Assembly: GCA_051530055.1 (NCBI GenBank)
Contig: CM121341.1
Coordinates: 10,394,784 to 10,458,783 of the forward strand
From: Neoechinorhynchus agilis
Lineage: Eukaryota; Animalia; Acanthocephala
Reading direction: 5' to 3'
Length of the DNA stretch: 64,000 bases
A program made the position numbers and the translations under genes. Below the pieces are notes generated by a model. That model did not search any database. It was given only the letters and a program-made list of their open reading frames with translations, and was not told where the DNA came from. Positions within the stretch are counted from its first letter, which is position 1, and each line of letters starts with the position of its first letter. Below are positions 29,434 to 39,950 of the stretch, one piece after another.

Positions 29434-29742
29434 TCAGTGATGCCTTACATGAACTTCTACTCCTGCTTTAAAATCCATTTTAGCCTTGATGCCCACACTT
29501 CGGGTTGGTGTTGAGGATATTGAAGATCTCTTGTTTGCCATTTTCGATGACTTTCCTCCAAATCCGTGTCGGTTCGATTTCGCACCGCCATTCGATGAAG
29601 ACGATTTGGTGGCATGATGCGATCTACCTGATCCTCTAGATGCGGATGATCGTCCACGTCCTGAGGATTTGCCCACTCCGCGACAGTTAAAGGCAACTAT
29701 CAGTAGACAAAGGAAGATGAACAATAGAGAACGTGAATGCAT
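29434..29742 (-). CDS. Small secreted Gly/Ser/Arg/Lys-rich protein, copy 2
   Basis: Same 102-aa translation as 21806-22114. Confidence 0.6.
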   Translation of the reverse strand: MHSRSLLFIFLCLLIVAFNCRGVGKSSGRGRSSASRGSGRSHHATKSSSSNGGAKSNRHGFGGKSSKMANKRSSISSTPTRSVGIKAKMDFKAGVEVHVRHH

Positions 29743-30033
29743 TTTAAAAAATACTCAGAGGAAGCATAATGCTTAGTTAGTTGTGAATGCCACCGTAAGT
29801 GCAACAGTTTGGAATGAGTTATTGTACATGGAAACCCAAGGGGAAAATTTGAATATCAATGAAGCAATTTCGCGGTTTACCGAACATTTAAATCGATGAG
29901 TTCTCACGACATTGATTATGGAATCAATCGCAAACGCCCGATAATTCTGACTAAATAAACTTAAGGGTTTTAGAGTCACCAATGTGGTCAAAATCAAAGA
30001 TAAGATGTTGTCAATATGAAAAGTTCAGCTCTG

Positions 30034-30113
30034 GGTAGCGCGGCCGAGAGGTCCAAGGCGCCAGTTTAAGGCACTGGTCCGAAAGTGCGTGGGTTCGAAT
30101 CCCACCGCTGCCA
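30034..30113 (+). tRNA. trnL-AAG: tRNA-Leu(AAG), variant or possible pseudogene
   Basis: Same fold as 22406-22485 but U8>C, two D-loop changes and a variable-arm mismatch. Confidence 0.65.
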
Positions 30114-30129
30114 GATTCCACCTCGATGC

Positions 30130-30400
30130 ACGTTGCATGCACCGTTTCCACGAAATTTTATCTGGAAAACAAGGGCAACATCTGCTCGTCATTTCTCGAC
30201 AATTAACACACTCACCACCTCCCGCCGAATTCCAGCTTTCGCATGGGCCACCACTGCGGAACTAATATCCGTGTTACGAACAACTGATGATTTGTGCTCC
30301 TTCATCCGTCGGGTGAAATTGTTGGTCTGCCCCACACCAGAGCACGGAAGTTTGTATCGCAATGGTCGGCGTTTCGAACGTATTATCATCGAATCCTTAT
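30130..30400 (-). mobile_element. Penelope-like GIY-YIG endonuclease fragment
   Basis: YKLPCSGVGQTNNFTRRMKEHK..SSAVVAH matches the PLE GIY-YIG layout (YxIPC..GQT..R..EH..SA..H). Confidence 0.7.
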
Positions 30401-31218
30401 AAATAGGTTCGAAACGTTCGAGGGCAATAAACCTGATTTCAAATTAAGGATGCGACTATGTGGCGCGTGAATTGAGAATCCCTGTTATATGTGTTTTAGA
30501 TTGCTGAAGAAGATCCGAGATAGTGGATCGAAATATCCAATAAAATCATATTTTCATTTATCTCTCCTATCGACAAAGAACCAGGTATTTTTTTCAAGTT
30601 CCAGTTGGATGTCATTAGTGAAAGGAGAATTGTGAAGATCCTGATTCTCTGTGTTGGTTACAGATTATGCCACATTTTATTAATGAACAAAGAATAGGAT
30701 CCATGAACCTTTTGGTCTTCATAACCACTCGAATTCTGATAAGATAAATGAATGTGGTGTTGATTTTGGATTGGATTATGAATGGGTAGCTCGTCCAGGT
30801 GGGAATCGGTTAACTGAACGTTGCTCTGCTTCCTGCAGTTATGCAAAAAGATCTCCAAAATGTCCTGAGTTATAATATCAAACGACTGTCATCATGCATT
30901 ATCAGAGACAGTTAAAAAAGAATTGCTTGAGCCTTTACGGTTGCCGAGATTCGCCTCGATTCTGATTACAGGAAGCTGGTTTCTTTACATTAAGTTCCGC
31001 CGAGAGAGAAAATCCTTCGGAATGGTAGAGTTCAAGATACGTAGTGATAATCCCCTGGATAAAACATATTTTATACAGATGCTTCGAGTGGAGAAAGCGT
31101 TTTTAGAATCACATTTCAAGCGCACGGCTTCTGCGCCGCAAGCTATAAATTGTAATCTTTTCTTTGTTTAGATTACCATTGAAAAAACTCAATAAAGCTC
31201 TCAAATATATTCTTAAGT

Positions 31219-31806
31219 TTAATTATCAGTAATAAATCGGGCAACATTTATTGCTCGGTGCTTAGTTTCGAAAGCAGCGAAATCAAACCCACTTCGTTTC
31301 TTGTATTTTTCCTCCAGCGTTTCCAAAGTGATCAGGTCGTCGTTTTCTTGTTTGCAATATACAATCGCGTAATGTCGCTGTTTACCCGGTAAAGTGAGCG
31401 CTTCCATGTACGAAAACAGTACCTGACCCTTTGGTTTCTCTTTCGAAGCATTGACTACAAAAAAGTTAACGTAAGGCAGTTCCTTTGGTCCAGTCATTTT
31501 GTAACCACCAAGCGACAGCATGATAACCGAGTAATATTTGTGGCCACTTCCAAACGGAATGTCAGAAAAGAAGAGTTGCTTTGCCAAAGCATCGTCCACA
31601 AAGTGAACGGTGGAATGATCCCGAATAATATCATATGACCGTTTTAAAGAATCGTTTTGCTCTTGAGAATCGATTTTAGGTTCCATTGTTTCATCGTTAA
31701 TTTTCAAAGTATTATCGAGCTTCGATCCGAACAACCACCTTAAAAGTGGAACGAAAATGTACATTGGTCCTAGCAGAATAATAAGAAAAATCTTTCGACT
31801 GCACAT
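31219..31806 (-). CDS. Intronless 195-aa ORF with N-terminal hydrophobic anchor, unknown function
   Basis: Long ATG-initiated ORF in AT-rich DNA with protein-like composition. No family recognised. Confidence 0.5.
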   Translation of the reverse strand: MCSRKIFLIILLGPMYIFVPLLRWLFGSKLDNTLKINDETMEPKIDSQEQNDSLKRSYDIIRDHSTVHFVDDALAKQLFFSDIPFGSGHKYYSVIMLSLGGYKMTGPKELPYVNFFVVNASKEKPKGQVLFSYMEALTLPGKQRHYAIVYCKQENDDLITLETLEEKYKKRSGFDFAAFETKHRAINVARFITDN

Positions 31807-32199
31807 TTGGGAATCTAATCAAAAGAGTTGAGGTTGAAGAACTATTTGAGCTTCTTTTTATCGTCTTTTATATTCCAGTCTTAGTCACCTCTGAACAATG
31901 GGAATGCTGGTGTTCGAACAAATGACAACCACACAAAAGTTCAAAAGATGTTAGCGTGCTTCTCGAAAAATACTTCGAAGACTAGGAACTCAATGAAGTA
32001 TTTGACGAAAACTTATCGTGAACGTAAGCAATTGCGAGTAAAGTTTTTCAAATAACTCGCATTATCCAGCTACCGGTTATGAATGCACTGTAAAAATAAA
32101 ACAAAGGGTGCAATTTGCTCGACATCAAATCGATATAAAAATTATGGATTCAGAATTTGAATGGGCGCTCAGGAAATCGCGTTACGAAAAAAGACGATA

Positions 32200-32470
32200 T
32201 AAATCATCTTATATGCTGCAAAGTTCATGGAACGACATCTATAAATTCGTAAGTGACAAATCGCCACCAGTTGAGCAGAAAGGCAAAGTTAAGTCGCGAA
32301 TCATCAAGACTGGAGATGTAGTGATCATAATCCCCTCCCTTTGATCGGATTATCAAGCGATGTTTCCTCGTAAAAAATCTCAAGTCAATAAACAAAATTA
32401 GCTCACTCAAGACAAGTAATTGTGTCTAAATGGTCCAGTGGACTAGAACCTTCTGATTCCCTGTTCCAGG
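32200..32470 (+). mobile_element. Possible BEL/Pao integrase C-terminal remnant
   Basis: IIKTGDVVII followed by a W..G..LFQG-like segment. Frameshifted. Confidence 0.3.
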
Positions 32471-32475
32471 GTCAA

Positions 32476-32673
32476 AATGTATCAAAATAACCCATTGCGA
32501 TGACTCATAACCAAAGGAGACGAAATACCTCGTTGAAGGGGAGAGGAAAGTCACTGATGAGTCCCCGGAGGAATGTGTATAAACTCACAACCGCGTATGG
32601 TTCAGCAGGGTAATTAGCGCAGACCAGAGCTTCCCTGGCAAAAAATTCGATGGGTTATGTGTCCAAATACATT
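32476..32673. mobile_element. Inverted-repeat element related in its core to 20135-20389
   Basis: Ends aatgtatcaaaataacccattgcga/tcgatgggttatgtgtccaaatacatt. Core gaggaaagtcactgatgagtc..ccggag..aactcacaaccg..tggttcag. Confidence 0.55.
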
Positions 32674-32964
32674 AATAAATAGAACATTTTTTATCCATGA
32701 TGATCAACTCCAATTATTGGAAATGATTTAGTTTTATTCCTAATAGTCTCTTAACGTCGCGTTAACATCGCAATTTGACGCATTTCAAAATGACCTTTTC
32801 ATGGAGATTCGAATCAAAAGCTACAGAAACGCTCATTTAATTCGAGATCTGCTAAATTTTCGCAATTGATTCAGTACCAAAATAGATGACGTCGATTTCG
32901 CGATTATGATGTGAAGGACCAACCGCCAATCGCACAAACGGACAAAGTCTTACCACTCGTTCTC

Positions 32965-33316
32965 TCAGTCGATCTCCTTAATGGCCACCGCTGGGATCAA
33001 AGAACTCTTCAATTTCTGAGCTGTTTCCTCATCTTTGACAATGAGCGTGTAAAGGTATTTGGAACACCGAACTTTGAATTTAATGCAGTTGCATTTCGTG
33101 CAATTTGGCTTTGGGCAGTTCCTTTTCTTGTTCCTCTTAATTATGACAGCTGACAAAAAGTTGTATTAAAGGTCTTGAACAAAAAAATAATACGAACATC
33201 GAGCATCTTTTCGTCTCACCAAAATCAAAAACTCTTTGATGCCGGTGATTTGCTTGGGCTGTTAGGGGGAATTGCTTCAAAATTCAGAAGGAACACTTAG
33301 AAAGCGATCTTACCAT
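32965..33316 (-). CDS. RPL38: 60S ribosomal protein L38 (3 coding exons; the first is only ATG)
   Basis: M|[20 protein letters not shown]|[43 protein letters not shown] introns. Confidence 0.93.
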
Positions 33317-33341
33317 CTAAAAAGTCAGGGCGATAAGAATA

Positions 33342-36300
33342 AGGCGAAGAAACAAAGCGCGGACCACCTCAGACGAAAGTGTCGTGCATCTCGCGCAGAT
33401 CAGGGAGATTCCTAGGTCATCATCGGCGATTTTGATGAGAAACAACAACGATTAATTATGGTCCGTAGACGAAGTGAGATCGCGGTACAAAGACGCGGAA
33501 GAACGGAGAGGCGATGACGCTCGTTTATGACGCGAAAACGATACGAAGGTTACCAGGGAGACGATAATGTGTTAAATTGAAAGATCAGAGGGATTCCTAA
33601 ATAAAAAATTCTCAAAAAAACGAGTATATAAACATTATCGCCACGGCTCTCGATGACTCACCTGCCGTCGTGGTGTAAAAAGCACTGATCAGCACGAGGC
33701 GAAGAAACAAAGCGCGGACCACCTCAGACGAATGTGTCGTGCATCTCGCGCAGATCAGGGAGATTCCTAGGTCATCATCGGCGATTTTGATGAGAAACAA
33801 CAACGATTAATTATGGTCCGTAGACGAAGAATGAGATCGCGGTACAAAGACGCGAATGAACAGTAGGGGGATGGCGCCGTTTATGACGCGAAAACGATAC
33901 GAAGGTTACCAGGGAGACGATAATGTGTTAAATTGAAAGATCAGAGGGATTCCTAAATAAAAAATTCTCAAAAAAACGAGTATATAAACATTATCGCCAC
34001 GGCTCTCGATGACTCACCTGCCGTCGTGGTGCAAAAAGCACTGATCAGCACGAGGCGAAGAAACAAAGCGCGGACCACCTCAGACGAAAGTGTCGTGCAT
34101 CTCGCGCAGATCAGGGAGATTCCTAGGTCATCATCGGCGATTTTGATGAGAAACAACAACGATTAATTATGGTCCGTAGACGAAGAAGTGAGATCGCGGT
34201 ACAAAGACGCGAATGAACAGTAGGGGGATGGCGCCGTTTATGACGCGAAAACGATACGAAGGTTACCAGGGAGACGATAATGTGTTAAATTGAAAGATCA
34301 GAGGGATTCCTAAAAAAATTCTCAAAAAACGAGTATATAAACATTATCGCCACGGCTCTCGATGACTCACCTGCCGTCGTGGTGCAAAAAGCACTGATCA
34401 GCACGAGGCGAAGAAACAAAGCGCGGACCACCTCAGACGAAAGTGTCGTGCATCTCGCGCAGATCAGGGAGATTCCTAGGTCATCATCGGCGGTTTTGAT
34501 GAGAAACAACAACGATTAATTATGGTCCGTAGACGAAGAAGTGAGATCGCGGTACAAAGACGCGAATGAACAGTAGGGGGATGGCGCCGTTTATGACGCG
34601 AAAACGATACGAAGGTTACCAGGGAGACGATAATGTGTTAAATTGAAAGATCAGAGGGATTCCTAAATAAAAAATTCTCAAAAAAACGAGTATATAAACA
34701 TTATCGCCACGGCTCTCGATGACTCACCTGCCGTCGTGGTGCAAAAAGCACTGATCAGCACGAGGCGAAGAAACAAAGCGCGGACCACCTCAGACGAAAG
34801 TGTCGTGCATCTCGCGCAGATCAGGGAGATTCCTAGGTCATCATCGGCGGTTTTGATGAGAAACAACAACGATTAATTATGGTCCGTAGACGAAGAAGTG
34901 AGATCGCGGTACAAAGACGCGAATGAACAGTGAGGGGATGACGCTCGTTTATGACGCGAAAACGATACGAAGGTTACCAGGGAGACGATAATGTGTTAAA
35001 TCGAAAGATCAGAGGGATTCCTAAATAAAAAATTCTCAAAAAAACGAGTATATAAACATTATCGCCACGGCTCTCGATGACTCACCTGCCGTCGTGGTGT
35101 AAAAAGCACTGATCAGCACGAGGCGAAGAAACAAAGCGCGGACCACCTCAGACGAAAGTGTCGTGCATCTCGCGCAGATCAGGGAGATTCCTAGGTCATC
35201 ATCGGCGGTTTTGATGAGAAACAACAACGATTAATTATGGTCCGTAGACGAAGAAGTGAGATCGCGGTACAAAGACGCGAATGAACAGAGAGGGATGGCG
35301 CTCGTTTATGACGCGAAAACGATACGAAGGTTACCAGGGAGACGATAATGTGTTAAATCGAAAGATCAGAGGGATTCCTAAATAAAAAATTCTCAACAAA
35401 ACGAGTATATAAACATTATCGCCATCGTTCTTGACGACTCAGCTGTTGTCCTGGTGTAAAAAGCACTGATCAGCACGAGGCGAAGAAACAAAGCGCGGAC
35501 CACCTCAGACGAAAGTGTCGTGCATCTCGCGCAGATCAGGGAGATTCCTAGGTCATCATCGGCGGTTTTGATGAGAAACAACAACGATTAATTATGGTCC
35601 GTAGACGAAGAAGTGAGATCGCGGTACAAAGACGCGAATGAACAGAGAGGGATGACGCTCGTTTATGACGCGAAAACGATACGAAGGTTACCAGGGAGAC
35701 GATAATGTGTTAAATCGAAAGATCAGAGGGATTCCCAAATAAAAAATTCTCAACAAAACGAGTATATAAACATTATCGCCATCGCTCTTGACGACTCACC
35801 TGCCGTCCTGGTGTAAAAAGCACTGATCAGCACGAGGCGAAGAAACAAAGCGCGGACCACCTCAGACGAAAGTGTCGTGCATCTCGCGCAGATCAGGGAG
35901 ATTCCTAGGTCATCATCGGCGGTTTTGATGAGAAACAACAACGATTAATTATGGTCCGTAGACGAAGAAGTGAGATCGCGGTACAAAGACGCGGATGAAC
36001 GGAGAGGCGATGACGCTCGTTTATGACGCGAAAACGATACGAAGGTTACCAGGGAGACGATAATGTGTTAAATCGAAAGAGCAGAGGGATTCCCAAATAA
36101 AAAATTCTCAACAAAACGAGTATATAAACATTATCGCCATCGCTCTTGACGACTCACCTGCCGTCCTGGTGTAAAAAGCACTGATCAGCACGAGGCGAAG
36201 AAACAAAGCGCGGACCACCTCAGACGAAAGTGTCGTGCATCTCGCGCAGATCAGGGAGATTCCTAGGTCATCATCGGCGGTTTTGATGAGAAACAACAAC

Positions 36301-37855
36301 GATTAATTATGGTCCGTAGACGAAGTGAGATCGCGGTACAAAGACGCGAATGAACAGTGAGGGGATTGCGCTCGTTTATGACGCGAAAACGATACGAAGG
36401 TTACCAGGGAGACGATAATGTGTTAAATCGAAAGAACAGAGGGATTCCCAAATAAAAAATTCTCAAAAAAACGAGTATATAAACATTATCGCCACGGCTC
36501 TCGATGACTCACCTGCCGTCGTGGTGTAAAAAGCACTGATCAGCACGAGGCGAAGAAACAAAGCGCGGACCACCTCAGACGAAAGTGTCGTGCATCTCGC
36601 GCAGATCAGGGAGATTCCTAGGTCATCATCGGCGGTTTTGATGAGAAACAACAACGATTAATTATGGTCCGTAGACGAAGAGTGAGATCGCGGTACAAAG
36701 ACGCGAATGAACAGTGGGGGGATGGCGCCGTTTATGACGCGAAACGATACGAAGTTACCGGGAGACGATAATGTGTTAAATCGAAAGACAGAGGGATTCC
36801 CAATAAAAAATTCTCAAAAAAACGAGTATATAAACATTATCGCCAGGCTCTCGATGACTCACCTGCCGTCTGGTGAAAAGCACTGATCAGCACGAGGCGA
36901 AGAAACAAAGCGCGGACCACCTCAGACGAAGTGTCGTGCATCTCGCGCAGATCAGGGAGATTCTAGGTCATCATCGGCGGTTTTGATGAGAAACAACAAC
37001 GATTAATTATGGTCCGTAGACGAAGTGAGATCGCGGTACAAAGACGCGAGACGGGGGATGCGCCGTTTATGACGCGAAAACGATACGAAGTTACCAGGGA
37101 GACGATAATGTGTTAAATGAAAGACAGAGGGATTCCAAATAAAAAATTCTCAAAAAACGGTATAAACATCGCCAGGCTTGATGATCATGCCGTCTGGTAA
37201 AAGCAGATCAGACGAGGCGAAGAAACAAACGGGACCACCTCGACGAAGTGTCGCATCTCGCGCAGATCAGGGAGATTCAGGTCATCATCGGCGGTTTTGA
37301 TGAGAAACAACAACGATTAATTATGGTCCGTAGACGAAGTGAGATCGCGGTACAAAGACGCGAATGAACAGGGGGGATGGCGCCGTTTATGACGCGAAAA
37401 CGATACGGGTTCCAGGAGAGATAATGGTTAAATGAAAGACAGAGGGATTAATAAAATTCTCAAAAGGTATTATAGTTGAGAACGCGTAAATGTGGGGGGG
37501 GGGGTGGTGTTAGTCATCGGCGTACCAGGAGACGATAATGTGTTAAATGAAAGACAGGGATTCCAAATAAAAATTCTCAAAAAACGAGTATATAAACATT
37601 ATCGCCACGGCTTGATGACTCACTGCCGTCTGGTGAAAAGCACTGATCAGCACGAGGCGAAGAAACAAAGCGCGGACCACCTAGACGAAGTGTCGTGCAT
37701 CTCGCGCAGATCAGGGAGATTCCTAGGTCATCATCGGCGGTTTTGATGAGAAACAACAACGATTAATTATGGTCCGTAGACGAAGTGAGATCGCGGTACA
37801 AAGACGCGAATGAACAGTAGGGGGATGGCGCCGTTTATGACGCGAAAACGATACG
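33342..37855. repeat. Tandem array of ~13 units of ~357 bp
   Basis: Unit start aggcgaagaaacaaagcgcgg recurs at ~355-358 bp spacing. The last ~3 units are deletion-riddled. Confidence 0.97.
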
Positions 37856-38235
37856 GGAGGAAGTGACCAAATTGCGTTCGGCGAACATTTATGAGATTGC
37901 GAGGGTCAGTGAATGATGCCACCATGAGAATCCGAGGGAGAGCAACTAAGCTGAATTATCAATAAGCTTTGCTCGTGTGCCGTCTTCGGTAGACAGAAAA
38001 CTCGTGGTTAGAAGACCGTGGTCACCGGAGGACAACATTTGGGGACGCCCGTTATGGACAGAAATGAGTTTCTAATTTTAAAAATTTGATATTTTTCGTT
38101 AGAAAGGCTGAAGATTGCTCATTTTACGACACCAACGTACGTCATTAGCCTAAGAAGAATTTTTTGGTTTACGTAATTTTTAGTCTATTTTGTCCCTCCT
38201 TAACACAAATTCGGTGTGTTTCCCAACTTGGATCA

Positions 38236-39781
38236 ATGGACGGTTTATGTGATGATCCATGGAGCTCAAGGGACGGAAACTCATTAACACAAGAACTGGT
38301 GGCATCAACGGGATCGAACGAACCAACGCTTGAAATGATTGCGCCCCCTAATCTATCGGTAGGCGAAACTCAGTGCATCGAGGAGCCGTATCATACCGTT
38401 CATGAGAGTCTATTAATTGATCAAAACAAAGCGTCCGACAATTCGGTTGAGATTATAGAAAGTTCATCTTCTTCAAATGCTTACAAACGAAGTTCGGATA
38501 CTCCTTTTAAGCGTTTACATCTATCGCCCAGTCAAGTTCACGTTGAGAAATCGCCTCGTAAATTAAGTCAGATCGGAGCTTTGAGAAGTTGGAGCAGAGA
38601 AGTTTCGCATGACCCAACAACCCGGTATGAAGAGATTTCTGATGTAAAGGAAACTATTGTTCGGGTTGTGAGGAGGACGTTTATCGTCGTTAAAGATTCA
38701 AGTGGTAAATTATAAGTCTCTTGGTCTTCTTAACGCGTTTTTCGGTTGAATTCTATATTTTTTGCCGATCAACGCTAGTTGACGACATTATCCGATAAAT
38801 GATTTTATTTTGCCACTAAAAGAAGATCAAAATACAATGATCGATAGATATTTATCGAGGGAAGATGTCCTTGAAGAAGACATAAAAAGAACAAGTCTCG
38901 TGGAAGAAGGTCAAGATTTATCGCCCAGGCGATCACGTTCATCGGGCACCAGTCCACTTTTGAAAAAACCTAAGCTTTCAAATCCTCAATGCACACGATC
39001 GCCAATATTCATCAATACATATTTCATAATTTCAATCGCGTCAACGGTGACTTCTTATACCGACATGGAAAGACAAATGACCGACAATGGGGGGAAGGTG
39101 TTGAAGTTAAAATCCGGCAACGAGTATCTAGACAGGATAAAAGAGATCTTTGATGAGATATTGGATAAAAAGGATTCTAATTGTCCAAAAAGTCAAAGCC
39201 GATATCCAGTGATATTGATAGCAAGTGAACACAATAAAACCCGAGAATATATGCTCGCTCTATCCCTCGGACTTCCAACGATTTCGTACCGTTGGATTAA
39301 GGAGTGCTTGAAGGAAAATAGAAGGACCGAATGGGGACGACATTTGTTACCTCGAGGTTTATTGATCGAAACAGACACCTTATTGTGGTGACTTGCGAAT
39401 GTTCGATTCCTTTTCAAATCACCACATATAGTCAATTTCTCGTCACATAAAAGGGCACGCCTAATTTTCAAACAGAAGCAAGCACTCGTGTTCACTCGCT
39501 CTTCTACACATTACGACACGATATGCTCGATTCTTAGAGCTGGGAAATGTAAAGTCGTTCGCTTCAAGGAAAATGTAAAAGTGAATTTTAAAGAAATTAA
39601 TTACGTTTTTGCTGATACAATTCAAAATGCAAAACGATTGACGAACCTGATGAAATCTAGAAGCTCCGAACCGATTTTGAAATTAGAATGGCTTATTCAG
39701 ACAATTATTGGAGGGAAGGCAAGAGATGTTTATGCCGATCCTTCCTATACTTTCACAAACGATCTTTTGACCGGATTTTAG
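38236..39781 (+). CDS. 53BP1-like protein with C-terminal tandem BRCT repeats (5' end uncertain)
   Basis: Ser-rich disordered region, then VILIASEHNKTREYMLALSLGLPTISYRWIKECL..HLLPRG and LKLEWLIQTIIGG, as in 53BP1 BRCT repeats. Confidence 0.75.
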
Positions 39782-39950
39782 AAGAATAAAAATTTTATTT
39801 CTGCCAATCACAAAGACAAAGGATACATTTCGGAATGCTTGAAGCGGGTCATTTAGTTTTATACATGCAACTCAATAGATGTCTTCTTTAAGATTACAGA
39901 TGATTACTGTTATAGGACCGAAGTTTGGGTTCAGGAAAAAATGCTAAGTA

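Larger units (their letters stand above)
28557..30113 (+). repeat. Segmental duplication of ~20925-22485
   Basis: Near-identical (I saw only ~3 substitutions outside the tRNA). Carries the MDH2 3' end, the secreted peptide gene and tRNA-Leu. Confidence 0.95.

Noticed and set aside
32540-32570. RNase MRP-like ggaaagtc..ccccgga
   Set aside because: Interrupted by 9 nt, the other conserved regions are absent, and it lies within a repeat element.
33612-36654. Repeated 63-aa ORFs (MLFLIKTADDD...)
   Set aside because: By-product of the 357-bp repeat. They start at TTG, unit lengths vary out of frame, and no domain is recognisable.
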